Source: Syntrophales bacterium
GTDB lineage: Bacteria > Desulfobacterota > Syntrophia > Syntrophales > JBEKJA01
NCBI GenBank assembly: GCA_050011475.1
Contig: JBEKJA010000001.1
Span: forward strand, 1 to 26,565
DNA length: 26,565 bases
Direction: 5' to 3'
Positions 8,568 through 18,684 of this stretch are shown here, piece by piece. Each line of letters opens with the position of its first letter. Position 1 is the first letter of the stretch. The translations under genes were made by a program, and so were the position numbers. Under the pieces are notes generated by a model. It had not been told where the DNA came from and did not search any database. It saw only the letters and a program-made list of their open reading frames with translations.

Positions 8568-11500
8568 TCAATGGCGGGATCTTCCGGTTTGACATTTTCC
8601 CATGGTACGTTTGCAGCGGAACCACTTCCCAGTCTTTGTTCTGCAGGGCTGCGACCGCTTCACTAAGGGCCTTTGCTCCCGCAATGGTTGTTGTGTACAG
8701 TACGTTGTATATCAGGGCGCCGCGCCTGATATGATAAGCGTCCAGGCTCGACTTATGCCCTACGCTTGTGTTGATGACAATCTGGATTTCACCGTTCTTT
8801 ATGCGGTCTACGACGTGCGGACGGCCTTCGCTTAATTTCAGGACGATGTCGGCCTTAATGCCATGGCGTGAGAGGGCTGCTGCAGTTCCCCTGGTGGCTA
8901 ATATTTGGAAACCCATGTCACGGAAGGCCATGGCTACAGGTACGATCTTATCCTTATGGTAATCATGGACACTGATAAACACATTACCCTCACTGGGCAT
9001 GGTAAAACCGGCAGCCATCTGTGACTTTGCAAATGCAAGCCCGAAAGAACGGTCGATACCCATCACCTCGCCGGTAGACTTCATCTCCGGTCCGAGAAGA
9101 ATATCAACATTCGGGAACCGGTTGAAGGGAAACACGGCCTCTTTCACGGATACATAAGCAGGGCGGACGGGCTCTGTGAAGCCCAATTCCTGGAGGGTCT
9201 TGCCAAGCATGACTTTTGTCGCAAGCTTTGCTAGGGGTATTCCGATAGCCTTGCTCACGAAGGGAATGGTTCGAGATGCCCTGGGGTTTACCTCCAGAAC
9301 ATACAGCAGCCCATCCTTCACGGCGTACTGAATGTTCATGAGCCCGACCACACCAAGCTCGGCGGCTATGGTCCGGGTCTGGTGCACAATCGTATCCACG
9401 AGAGACTGTGAAAAGGTGATCGGGGGAAGGACGCATGCACTGTCGCCGGAATGGATTCCCGCTTCTTCTATATGCTCCATGATACCCGCCACAACGGTGA
9501 GATTGCCGTCGCTGATGGCATCCACATCGACCTCGATGGCGTCCTCCAGAAACTTGTCAATCAGGATCGGGTGGCCGGGAGAGACCTCCAGGGCGGTTTT
9601 CATAAACCGGCGGAGATGTTCCATGTCGTAGACAATCTCCATGGAACGGCCGCCAAGAACATAGGAAGGCCGAACGACTACCGGATAGCCAATCCGTTCG
9701 GCTGCGATGATGGCTTCCTCCGTTGCCATGGCTGTGTCATTGTCCGGCTGGCGAAGATTGAGGCGGTGGACGATCTCCTGAAAACGCTCCCGGTCCTCGG
9801 CGCGGTCGATTGCATCCGGAGATGTTCCGAGGATGGGGGCGCCGGCTGCCTCCAGGCCTTTGGCGAGGTTCAATGGCGTCTGACCCCCAAACTGAACAAT
9901 GATTCCCAGGGGGTTTTCCGTCTCCATAATGTGGATGACGTCTTCCAGTGTTACGGGCTCGAAATAGAGCTTATCGGAGGTGTCGTAATCGGTGCTCACC
10001 GTCTCGGGATTGGAGTTCACCATGATGCTTTCATAACCTTCTTCGCTCAGTGCGAAGGAAGCATGGACACAGCAATAATCAAACTCAATCCCCTGACCGA
10101 TTCGATTCGGCCCGCCGCCAAGAATCATGACTTTGAGCCTGTTGGATGGGCGCGCCTCATTCTCCGTTTCATAGGTGGAGTAGTAGTAGGGGGTAAATGC
10201 TTCAAACTCTGCAGCGCAGGTATCGACAAGCTTGTAGACCGGCCGAATATCCTCCGCAAAGCGCCAGTGACGGATATCATCTTCGGTTCGATTCCATATC
10301 TTTCCCAGCACCCGATCCGAAAAACCCATCTGTTTTGCCTCCCGTAGAAGATCCACCGTGGGTATGCTTTTTTCGAGTATTTTCTCCGCATCGACAATTT
10401 CCCGTATCTGATGCAGAAACCAAGGATCAATGTGGGTAAACCGATAGAGATCTTCCATGGTCATGCCCTGCCGGAAGGCTGCCGCCATGTAAAACAACCG
10501 GAGCGAATTCGGCTTGGTGAGTTTTTCAACCAGGTATTCACCAGGGTTCTGAATATCCTTCAGCAAATCGGCAGTCAGGCCGAAACGACCGATCTCGAGG
10601 GAGCGGATACCTTTCTGGAGGGCTTCTTTAAAGGTTCGCCCGATGGCCATGGTTTCTCCCACAGACTTCATGGACGTTGTGATGAAGTCCTCCGTTTCCG
10701 GAAATTTTTCAAAGGTCCACCGCGGTATTTTTACCACACAGTAATCGATTGTGGGTTCAAAGGAGGCCATGGTTTCACGGGTGATGTCATTAGGGATCTC
10801 ATCCAGGGTATAGCCCACGGCAAGTTTCGCGGCAATTTTCGCAATGGGGAATCCGGTCGCCTTGGAAGCGAGGGCCGAGGATCTGGAGACACGGGGGTTC
10901 ATCTCGATTACAACCATTTCCCCATTATCAGGATTGATGGCGAACTGGACATTCGAACCGCCTGTTTCAACACCGATTTCCCGCATGATGGCGATCGATG
11001 CATCCCTCATTCGCTGGTATTCCACATCCGTCAAGGTTTGGGCGGGAGCGACCGTAATGGATTCTCCGGTATGAACACCCATGGGGTCCATATTTTCTAT
11101 GGAGCAGATGATCACTACATTATCCGCCCGGTCACGCATGACCTCAAGCTCGAATTCTTTCCAGCCGATGACAGACTCTTCAAGCATCACCTCGTGGATC
11201 ATGCTCGCATCCAGACCTGCCTTGGCCATTTCCGCAAGCTCCTCCCGGTTGTATGCCACCCCACTGCCCGTCCCGCCCAAGGTAAAAGATGGACGGATGA
11301 TAATGGGGAAACCGACTTCCGAAGCAACCCGGAAGACCGCTTCCATATTCTTGGCGAAACCGCTGCGGGGAACTCGCAGACCGATATTTTCCATAGCGTC
11401 GCGGAATTTTTCCCTATCTTCCGCCTTGTGAATAACTTCGCGAGTAGCGCCGATCATCTCTACGCCATACGTCTCAAGGATCCCGGTGTCTGCGATGGTT

Positions 11501-11799
11501 ACGGCGGTATTGAGTCCCGTCTGACCGCCAAGTGTGGGCAACAAGGCATCCGGCCTCTCCCTGACGATAATCCGGGATACAGCCTCCGGTGTAATGGGTT
11601 CGATATAAGTCCGATCGGCCGTATCCGGGTCCGTCATGATCGTTGCCGGATTACTGTTGATCAAAACAATCTCGTAGCCTTCCTCTCTCAGTGCTTTGCA
11701 GGCCTGGGTGCCGGAATAGTCGAATTCACAAGCCTGGCTGATAATGATTGGGCCGGAGCCAATGATCAGGATTTTTTTAAGGTCGGTTCGTTTCGGCAT
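8557..11799 (-). CDS. carB: Carbamoyl-phosphate synthase large subunit
   Basis: [30 protein letters not shown], a duplicated ATP-grasp domain ([11 protein letters not shown]; [10 protein letters not shown]) and a C-terminal MGS domain; 1080 aa from ATG 11799. Confidence 0.98.
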   Translation of the reverse strand: MPKRTDLKKILIIGSGPIIISQACEFDYSGTQACKALREEGYEIVLINSNPATIMTDPDTADRTYIEPITPEAVSRIIVRERPDALLPTLGGQTGLNTAVTIADTGILETYGVEMIGATREVIHKAEDREKFRDAMENIGLRVPRSGFAKNMEAVFRVASEVGFPIIIRPSFTLGGTGSGVAYNREELAEMAKAGLDASMIHEVMLEESVIGWKEFELEVMRDRADNVVIICSIENMDPMGVHTGESITVAPAQTLTDVEYQRMRDASIAIMREIGVETGGSNVQFAINPDNGEMVVIEMNPRVSRSSALASKATGFPIAKIAAKLAVGYTLDEIPNDITRETMASFEPTIDYCVVKIPRWTFEKFPETEDFITTSMKSVGETMAIGRTFKEALQKGIRSLEIGRFGLTADLLKDIQNPGEYLVEKLTKPNSLRLFYMAAAFRQGMTMEDLYRFTHIDPWFLHQIREIVDAEKILEKSIPTVDLLREAKQMGFSDRVLGKIWNRTEDDIRHWRFAEDIRPVYKLVDTCAAEFEAFTPYYYSTYETENEARPSNRLKVMILGGGPNRIGQGIEFDYCCVHASFALSEEGYESIMVNSNPETVSTDYDTSDKLYFEPVTLEDVIHIMETENPLGIIVQFGGQTPLNLAKGLEAAGAPILGTSPDAIDRAEDRERFQEIVHRLNLRQPDNDTAMATEEAIIAAERIGYPVVVRPSYVLGGRSMEIVYDMEHLRRFMKTALEVSPGHPILIDKFLEDAIEVDVDAISDGNLTVVAGIMEHIEEAGIHSGDSACVLPPITFSQSLVDTIVHQTRTIAAELGVVGLMNIQYAVKDGLLYVLEVNPRASRTIPFVSKAIGIPLAKLATKVMLGKTLQELGFTEPVRPAYVSVKEAVFPFNRFPNVDILLGPEMKSTGEVMGIDRSFGLAFAKSQMAAGFTMPSEGNVFISVHDYHKDKIVPVAMAFRDMGFQILATRGTAAALSRHGIKADIVLKLSEGRPHVVDRIKNGEIQIVINTSVGHKSSLDAYHIRRGALIYNVLYTTTIAGAKALSEAVAALQNKDWEVVPLQTYHGKMSNRKIPPLNER

Positions 11800-11817
11800 A
11801 TTTACAATTAACAATAA

Positions 11818-11848
11818 TCAATGATCAACGATGGTACATGATCATTGA
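11818..11848. promoter_or_regulatory. Perfect 10-bp inverted repeat in the guaA-carB spacer (possible attenuator/terminator, processing hairpin or operator)
   Basis: TCAATGATCA(11818-11827)-N11-TGATCATTGA(11839-11848). On the minus-strand mRNA it is followed by the U-rich UUAUUGUUAAUU. Confidence 0.45.
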
Positions 11849-11850
11849 AT

Positions 11851-13380
11851 TCATTCCCATTCTATGGTGCTCGGGGGTTTGGAGCTGATGTCGTACACGA
11901 CACGATTCACCCCCCGAACTTCGTTGATGATCCGGTTGGAGATGCTGCCAAGGACAGTGTCGGGTAACTGGGCCCAATCTGCGGTCATGGCATCTTCGCT
12001 CGTCACTGCCCGGATGGCTATAATATGTTCGTATGTTCGCTGGTCCCCCATAATTCCAACACTCTTGATGGGCAGCAGAACAGCAAAGGATTGCCAAAGT
12101 TTCCCATAGTAGCCGGCATTTCGGATTTCTTCCAGAAGAATGGCATCCGCCCTGCGAAGAATGGAGAGCCTTTTCTCCGTTACTTCGCCGATGATTCGTA
12201 CCGCAAGCCCGGGTCCGGGGAAAGGCTGCCTCCAGATCAACTCATCCGGCAGCCCGAGTTCTTTACCCAGCAGGCGCACCTCATCCTTGAATAGATGCTT
12301 CAAGGGCTCGATGAGTTTGAGTTTCATTCTTTTTGGAAGACCTCCCACATTGTGGTGGGACTTGATAATCGCTGTAGGTCCGCCGAATGCTGATCGGGAT
12401 TCGATCAGGTCCGGATAGAGGGTCCCCTGCGCAAGGAAACTGACTCCCTTGATCTTGCGCGCCTCCCCTTCGAAAACACGGATGAATAACCGACCGATAA
12501 TCTTCCGTTTGCGCTCAGGATCCGTTACCCCCTTCAAAGCTTTGACAAAACGTCTTCCAGCCCTTGCGAACCTGACATTCATGCGAAGGTGACTTTTAAA
12601 CAGATCGAGCACCTTTCCGGCTTCATTCTCACGCAGTACGCCATTGTCCACGAACACGCATGTCAGGCGATCACCGATGGCCTGGTGTATCAATGCGGCC
12701 GCCACGGAGGAATCCACCCCCCCGCTTAACCCCAGAATGACACGGCTATTCACAGCTTCGTGTCTAATTTCATCAACGGCATTCCGGATAAAGGATTTCA
12801 TGGTCCAGGTTTTTTTGCACCGGCAGATGTCAAATAGAAAATTGCCAAGCATCCTTTTCCCCTCGGGGGTATGGACCACCTCCGGGTGAAATTGCAGGCC
12901 GTAAAGATGCCGATTTGTATTTTCTGCCGCAGCGATTTTTGTGTTCGCGGTCGATGCTGTAGCCCGGAACCCCTTGGGCAGTCTGCCGATGCTGTCTCCA
13001 TGGCTCATCCAGCAGCGTGTCGTATCGCTTATGCCCGCAAATATCCCTTTAGGGCCCTTAATCCGCAGCTCTGCAAATCCGTATTCCCGCTTGTCTGCCC
13101 GGATGACTTCACCACCGAGCGTATGCATCATAAACTGCATTCCGTAACAGATTCCCAGGATGGGTACCCCGACATCGAAGATGGTCGGATCCGCCCTTGG
13201 GGCCCCTTTTTCATAGATGCTGGCCGGACCGCCAGACAGGATAATGCCTTCGGGCCGCAGGGCCCGAATTTTATCGAACGGGATATTCGGCGGTTCGATC
13301 TGACAGTATACATGATGTTCCCGCACCCGTCGGGCAATGAGTTGATTATACTGGGAACCGAAATCGATAATCAGGATCAT
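11851..13380 (-). CDS. guaA: GMP synthase (glutamine-hydrolysing)
   Basis: Motifs [59 protein letters not shown] and the C-terminal [14 protein letters not shown]. Confidence 0.98.
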   Translation of the reverse strand: MILIIDFGSQYNQLIARRVREHHVYCQIEPPNIPFDKIRALRPEGIILSGGPASIYEKGAPRADPTIFDVGVPILGICYGMQFMMHTLGGEVIRADKREYGFAELRIKGPKGIFAGISDTTRCWMSHGDSIGRLPKGFRATASTANTKIAAAENTNRHLYGLQFHPEVVHTPEGKRMLGNFLFDICRCKKTWTMKSFIRNAVDEIRHEAVNSRVILGLSGGVDSSVAAALIHQAIGDRLTCVFVDNGVLRENEAGKVLDLFKSHLRMNVRFARAGRRFVKALKGVTDPERKRKIIGRLFIRVFEGEARKIKGVSFLAQGTLYPDLIESRSAFGGPTAIIKSHHNVGGLPKRMKLKLIEPLKHLFKDEVRLLGKELGLPDELIWRQPFPGPGLAVRIIGEVTEKRLSILRRADAILLEEIRNAGYYGKLWQSFAVLLPIKSVGIMGDQRTYEHIIAIRAVTSEDAMTADWAQLPDTVLGSISNRIINEVRGVNRVVYDISSKPPSTIEWE

Positions 13381-14531
13381 GAGGGTATACCCTTCTCTAT
13401 CATGGCAATGAATTCATCGAAAAGGTATGCCACGTCATGGGGGCCGGGGGCCGCTTCAGGGTGATACTGTACGCTGAATGCCTTTAATTCCGGGTAAATG
13501 ATCCCTTCGGATGTTTCATCGTTGAGATTAAGATGAGTCGTCTTTAGTATTCCGGGGAGTGATTCGGGCACCACCACGAAGCCGTGGTTTTGAGATGTAA
13601 TTTCCACCCGTGCGGTAGAATAGTTCTTTACCGGCTGATTAATTCCATGGTGTCCGAACTTGAGCTTTGTTGTTATACCGCCAACGGCCTGGCCAAGGAT
13701 TTGATGACCCAGGCATATTCCGAAGATCGGAACCTTACCCAGGAGGCTCCGAACCGTGTCCACAATATAGGACAATGCGGCAGGGTCACCGGGGCCGTTG
13801 GACAGAAGCACTCCATCCGGCTTCCAGGAGAGTATCTCATCGGCTGAAGAACCGGCCGGCAGAACAATCACTTCGCAATCCCGTTTTTCCAAATTCCGCA
13901 GTATGTTGTATTTGACGCCGCAATCCAGGACCACAATGCGACGTCGTATTTTATCAGATAGCCCGGACAATGGCCGGAGGGATCCTTCTTTCCATAAATA
14001 AGCCTTCCGGCAGGCCACTTCCTGAACGAGATCGCGACCGACGAGACCAGGGTAGGCCCGAACCTTTTCCAGGAGGCCGGCAATATCATGGGGCTGTGTC
14101 GTCAGGATGCCGCGCATGGCACCGGAGAGGCGAATTCGACGGGTAAGGGCCCGTGTATCGATTCCCTCAACGCCAAGCTTTCCGTGTGACTCGATGAACT
14201 CCTTCAATGAGCCGCTGGATCGCCAATTGCTCGGATAAGACTGGTATTCCTTTACTATAAAGCCTTCTAGGTGGATGCATGCGGACTCCATATCGTCCAA
14301 ATTCACACCATAGTTCCCTATGAGGGGATACGTCATTGTAACAATCTGGCCCTGGTAGGACGGGTCAGTGAGAATTTCCTGATAACCGGTCATTCCCGTA
14401 TTGAATACCACTTCCCCAAGGACCTCGCCCTTCCCGGCAAAGGCCGACCCCTGAAAGACGCTGCCATCCTCAAGAACGAGAAGGGCAGGATATTTCTTTT
14501 TCAATAATGACACTGGTATGTAACGCTCCAA
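13377..14531 (-). CDS. carA: Carbamoyl-phosphate synthase small subunit (start uncertain: TTG 14531, GTG 14513 or TTG 14504)
   Basis: Motifs [44 protein letters not shown] and [12 protein letters not shown] overlap with guaA. Confidence 0.95.
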   Translation of the reverse strand: MERYIPVSLLKKKYPALLVLEDGSVFQGSAFAGKGEVLGEVVFNTGMTGYQEILTDPSYQGQIVTMTYPLIGNYGVNLDDMESACIHLEGFIVKEYQSYPSNWRSSGSLKEFIESHGKLGVEGIDTRALTRRIRLSGAMRGILTTQPHDIAGLLEKVRAYPGLVGRDLVQEVACRKAYLWKEGSLRPLSGLSDKIRRRIVVLDCGVKYNILRNLEKRDCEVIVLPAGSSADEILSWKPDGVLLSNGPGDPAALSYIVDTVRSLLGKVPIFGICLGHQILGQAVGGITTKLKFGHHGINQPVKNYSTARVEITSQNHGFVVVPESLPGILKTTHLNLNDETSEGIIYPELKAFSVQYHPEAAPGPHDVAYLFDEFIAMIEKGIPS

Positions 14532-14658
14532 GCCGCATCGGAAACTTTTGGTGGCACCCTACCACAGACGAATTTTCTCTGCCAGAGGTAATCACTGGAA
14601 ATGGTCCCTTCACACGGCATTACAGGGCGAAGAGACCACGAGGAACGTATGGCAAGCC

Positions 14659-17037
14659 TTAACTGACGGAGTTGTTATTTTTCTCCATATGGTCTTCTTC
14701 CGCATCATCCTGCGATGGATTTTCATGCATCATCCAGATTCCACAGGGACAGGCATCCGCACAAAAGCCGCAGCCGATGCAACGGTCCGCGTTGACAAGG
14801 TATTCATAATCATCCCCATCCAGTGGATGGCGGGAAATGGCGTTCTGGGGACAAATCGTTTCACAGAGGCCGCAATCACGACAGGCACCGCAGGATGCGC
14901 ATTGGACGGCGCAGCTCAGAGGGTCATCGAAAAAAAGGACCCTAGGATCGTAATACTCGAGGTTGACCCTGTCTGTATCGATGGGCGGTAACTGATCGTA
15001 TGTATCATACCGCCCTTTGGTAATATCATCGATGGCCTGTGCCGCCAGTCGTCCCGCTCCAATGGCTTCGGTCAGCAGGCCGAGTCTGACCGAATCGCCA
15101 ATTGCGAAAACCTGGGGATCATCCGTCTGAAAATGGTCATTAACCTTTACGAATCCCCGATCCCTGGTGATCTGATCCGGTAAAAACGACAGGTCGGGTG
15201 AATCACCGACGGCAACGACTACGGTGTCTGCGGGAAGCACTTCCCCGGTTGTAAGTTCAATTCCATCCCTGGTGATAGCCTTGGTAAATCGAGGCCAGAG
15301 GAATTGTGCCCCCGCCTTTTCCGCATGCCGCCTTTCCACGCCGAATGATGCCGGCTCCTGAATGTCGATAAGAATGACGCTTTCAGCTCCCAGGCGGCTT
15401 GCCTCACAAGCCACATCACAGCCGACATTGCCGGCGCCGATGACGACCACGGTTTTGCCCACATCCTGAAGAGTTCCGTCTTTGCTCCACCTCAGAAAGT
15501 CAAGAGCGGCTATTGCTCTTTCGCCTCCAGGCACAGATAGCATTCGCGGCTTTTGGGCTCCGGCGGCCACGACAATGAAATCATATGTTTTTTGAAGTTG
15601 CGAGAATTCTTTCAAAGTCAGGGGGTGATCGAGATGAGTCCGGCTGATAGTCTCTGCCACACGCCGCAGTTCATGCTCCACCACTTCATCCGGAATGCGG
15701 TCTCTTGGGATGGTTTGGGTGATTTTACCGCCCAGCTTTTCTCTCGTTTCAAAAATTACAGGGTCGTGCCCTTTCATCCACAGCTGCCATGCGACAGAAA
15801 GACCAGCAGCACCGCCGCCGATCACGGCAACTTTCGTACCTGTCGATGGCGCCGGTTGAGGGACCCTGGCTTGAAGGCTGGCTTTGCCTAGGAGCGCTAC
15901 ATCGAGGGCAGGAAATTTAACGGTCTGTCTTGTGCAGTGCTGCATGCAGAGATTCGGGCAGAGATATCCGCAGACCGTGGCTGGAAAAGGCGTATACTGC
16001 AATACAAGATCCACCGCTTCATCCAGCTTTCCCTTACGGATGAGCTCCCATCGACGTTGAACCGGAATCCCGGTTGGGCAGTGTGCCTGGCAGGGAGGAA
16101 GGTATTTTTCATTTTCCCAGATGGGGACGTAACGTCGCAGATCGCCCGTGGTTATTACTTCTATCGGGCTTCTGTCCCGATCCCAAAGATCACCGATCAA
16201 TCCTCCGGCTCCAAGCTCACGGTCCCAGGTATCCCGGCGAAAATTTTCCATGCTTCGAGATGGGGTGCCAATTTTTTCATAAGGCTTCCGGGCGATGATC
16301 GACTGCCATTGCAGGCGGTCCGCCGTCAGGGATCCGTAAAGCTCCGATCGGTCAATAGCCTGCAGAAAATCTTCCATCCGCTTTTTGAGCCATAACCAGT
16401 CTTCATCATTGATTTCGGCCAGTCTGGCGTCTTTCTCGCTGAACCTCTCATAAGAGCCCCGGAAGAATATCCTGCCTCCAACCATCCCCACGCATGGACG
16501 GTAACCGAGCACATTACTACGTACCGTATCATAACCACAGAGCACTGCAATCCCGCCCGCCATAAATTCGGCAAAAGAATCACCAACGCTTCCCAGAACC
16601 CATAACTCAGGTGGTGTAAAACGGGGATTATGTTTGGTCATGGTCATGCCGCGTGCACCGATGTCTCCGGCAACATATATCTTCCCCTGGGCCATGGCAT
16701 TGCCAATCCCGTTGGTGGCGTGTCCATGGACGATAATGTCAGCGCCTGCATTGAGCCAGCCTACATCATCGGAAGCGGGTCCGTTCACCTCAACAAAGGT
16801 ATTGGGGAAGCCCATGGAGCCGACACGCTGGCCTGTCTGGCCATTAATGCGAATTCGTATGGGTTCATTGCCGGCCTTCCAGAGACGGCCTCCAATGCCA
16901 TGCTGGCCGTAGGCGACGACTTCGATGAAACGATGGCCTTCCATGACGGCATTCTGAATCCGCTCTTCAAGAAGTCGGGAATCTATACGGATTCCGTTTT
17001 CCGATCCATGAATGGTAATAGTCGGTTGATCAGGCAT
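14659..17037 (-). CDS. Fusion of the GltB C-terminal GXGXG domain, a GltD/DsrL-like FAD-NAD(P)H oxidoreductase and a 2x[4Fe-4S] ferredoxin (glutamate synthase subunit)
   Basis: The N-terminus has GQHGIGG/GNAMAQGKIYVAGDIGARGM beta-helix repeats. It is followed by PPCQAHCP and CGYLCPNLCMQHC, GGGAAGL, GAGNVG, FAIGD, then C-terminal CASCGACRDCGLCETICP and CIGCGFCADACP. Start is ATG 17037 or GTG 17046. Confidence 0.85.
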   Translation of the reverse strand: MPDQPTITIHGSENGIRIDSRLLEERIQNAVMEGHRFIEVVAYGQHGIGGRLWKAGNEPIRIRINGQTGQRVGSMGFPNTFVEVNGPASDDVGWLNAGADIIVHGHATNGIGNAMAQGKIYVAGDIGARGMTMTKHNPRFTPPELWVLGSVGDSFAEFMAGGIAVLCGYDTVRSNVLGYRPCVGMVGGRIFFRGSYERFSEKDARLAEINDEDWLWLKKRMEDFLQAIDRSELYGSLTADRLQWQSIIARKPYEKIGTPSRSMENFRRDTWDRELGAGGLIGDLWDRDRSPIEVITTGDLRRYVPIWENEKYLPPCQAHCPTGIPVQRRWELIRKGKLDEAVDLVLQYTPFPATVCGYLCPNLCMQHCTRQTVKFPALDVALLGKASLQARVPQPAPSTGTKVAVIGGGAAGLSVAWQLWMKGHDPVIFETREKLGGKITQTIPRDRIPDEVVEHELRRVAETISRTHLDHPLTLKEFSQLQKTYDFIVVAAGAQKPRMLSVPGGERAIAALDFLRWSKDGTLQDVGKTVVVIGAGNVGCDVACEASRLGAESVILIDIQEPASFGVERRHAEKAGAQFLWPRFTKAITRDGIELTTGEVLPADTVVVAVGDSPDLSFLPDQITRDRGFVKVNDHFQTDDPQVFAIGDSVRLGLLTEAIGAGRLAAQAIDDITKGRYDTYDQLPPIDTDRVNLEYYDPRVLFFDDPLSCAVQCASCGACRDCGLCETICPQNAISRHPLDGDDYEYLVNADRCIGCGFCADACPCGIWMMHENPSQDDAEEDHMEKNNNSVS

Positions 17038-17049
17038 GGATTGCACTCT

Positions 17050-18684
17050 TTATAATGCGTGCCGAATGCTCAAGCGCTCCGCTGCGAATCCGTCAGCTAT
17101 GCCGATTGCGTCTGACATGCCGATCGGCAGGGATGTTGAGCGCCCGAGAGGGGCAACAATCTTTTTCAGTTCCGTGTCAAATGATTGGAATACATCCACA
17201 ACACGTTGAGCCACTTTTTCAGGATCGAGACGCCTGTAAAGTCTGGGGTCCTGAGATGTGATACCTTTTGGACACAAGTCTACATTGCATACATTGCAGC
17301 GGTCCGACTCGGACCCGAGACAACCGGCTGCCGCCTGCATGATATACTTCCCGCTTTGGACACCGCTGGCGCCCAGCATGATCAGGGCTGCCGCATTGGC
17401 GGCCAAATTCCCATTTTTCCCAATTCCACCGCCCGCAAACAGCGGGATCTCGTTTTGTTTGCCGATCTTGACGAGATTGAGATAAGCATCCCGGAGATTG
17501 CTCGCAATAGGATGCCCCATTTGGTTCATGGATACATTATAGGCAGCACCGGTTCCGCCGTCTTCACCGTCTATGGCAAGTGCCGCTGCGTAAGGGTTTC
17601 TTGTCAGATTGTTCAATACCGCTAAGGTTGTACTGGAAGCTGAAATCTTCGGATAGACCGGCACCCGGAATCCCCACGCCATGTACATGGATTGGATCAT
17701 CTTGGCAACAGACTCCTCGATGGAGTATTGGGTCTGGTGGGTGGGCGGACTGGGAAGATTGACGCCTGAGGGAACGCCCCGAATGGCTGCGATGAGCTTG
17801 TTTACCTTGTACCACATCAAAAGACCGCCGTCACCCGGTTTGGCCCCCTGTCCATATTTGATTTCAATGGCGCACGGATCTTCTTTCATCTCCGGCAGGG
17901 CATGAATAATCTCATCCCACCCAAAGTATCCGCTGGCAATCTGAAGAATCACATACTTAAGGAAACGGGATCGCAACAAGCGTGGAGGACAGCCGCCTTC
18001 ACCCGTACAGATGGCCACCGGCATCTTCAATTCCTCGTTAAGATAGGCCACACCCATCTGTAACCCTTCCCACATATTAGGAGAAAGAGCACCGAAGGAC
18101 ATGCTGCCGATAATCAAGGGGTATATCTCCCTTATGGGGGGAATCCATCCTTCTTCATTCCGAATCTGGATAAGATCCTCAGGCGGCAAAATCCGCCCAA
18201 GGAGGGTTCGCAGCTCGAATTCGTGCCGGCCGGCATCCAGGGCAGGGTCCGTAAGCATGGAAATGCGGATGAACTTGATTTCGTCCAGGACATTTCGCGG
18301 ATCATTCCTGCGGCCTCCGCGTCTTCTGGGAATGCCGCCCTGGTTGATATGGAAGCGGAGCTTGTCCATCTCCTCATTTTTAATGGGTCCGATGGCCCCG
18401 TTGGGGCATACCAATTCGCACATGGCACAGCCGATACAGGCATATTCCACTGCTGTCTTCTGGTGGATTCCGTGGTACACCGCATGAACATTACTGGGTT
18501 TTTGTTCAAACCCCAATGAAACTTGAAGCGTCCGTTTTCGATGAACGCCCAGATCGATGGCTTTCACAGGGCATACGGCAGTGCAGCGGCCGCAAAGCGT
18601 GCACTTTTCCTTACTCCAACGGATGAGCCAGGGCAGATCCTTTGTGCTTAATGTGGATGGTGCAATGGTTCCCACTGATTCCAT
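17050..18684 (-). CDS. Glutamate synthase FMN-binding subunit (GltB2 type) with an N-terminal 2x[4Fe-4S] domain
   Basis: N-terminal CTLCGRCTAVCP and CIGCAMCELVCP; MSFGALS, TGEGG, EIKYGQGAKPGDGG, DGEDGGTGAA and the 3Fe-4S-type C..CNVCNVDLCPKGITSQDP. Confidence 0.9.
   Translation of the reverse strand: MESVGTIAPSTLSTKDLPWLIRWSKEKCTLCGRCTAVCPVKAIDLGVHRKRTLQVSLGFEQKPSNVHAVYHGIHQKTAVEYACIGCAMCELVCPNGAIGPIKNEEMDKLRFHINQGGIPRRRGGRRNDPRNVLDEIKFIRISMLTDPALDAGRHEFELRTLLGRILPPEDLIQIRNEEGWIPPIREIYPLIIGSMSFGALSPNMWEGLQMGVAYLNEELKMPVAICTGEGGCPPRLLRSRFLKYVILQIASGYFGWDEIIHALPEMKEDPCAIEIKYGQGAKPGDGGLLMWYKVNKLIAAIRGVPSGVNLPSPPTHQTQYSIEESVAKMIQSMYMAWGFRVPVYPKISASSTTLAVLNNLTRNPYAAALAIDGEDGGTGAAYNVSMNQMGHPIASNLRDAYLNLVKIGKQNEIPLFAGGGIGKNGNLAANAAALIMLGASGVQSGKYIMQAAAGCLGSESDRCNVCNVDLCPKGITSQDPRLYRRLDPEKVAQRVVDVFQSFDTELKKIVAPLGRSTSLPIGMSDAIGIADGFAAERLSIRHAL

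Noticed and set aside
9451-11811. Long plus-strand ORFs (9451-10347, 298 aa; 10411-11811, 466 aa) opposite carB
   Set aside because: They are antisense shadows of a conserved gene, with no recognisable motifs and no RBS or promoter support.
14532-14658. PyrR attenuator or a known riboswitch (purine, ZTP, ykkC-type) ahead of carA
   Set aside because: I found no recognisable consensus on the coding strand and no terminator/antiterminator pair by eye. An Rfam scan would settle it.
14548-14991. 147-aa plus-strand ORF spanning the carA leader and the end of the glt fusion
   Set aside because: It is mostly the antisense read of the ferredoxin domain and has no independent coding signal.
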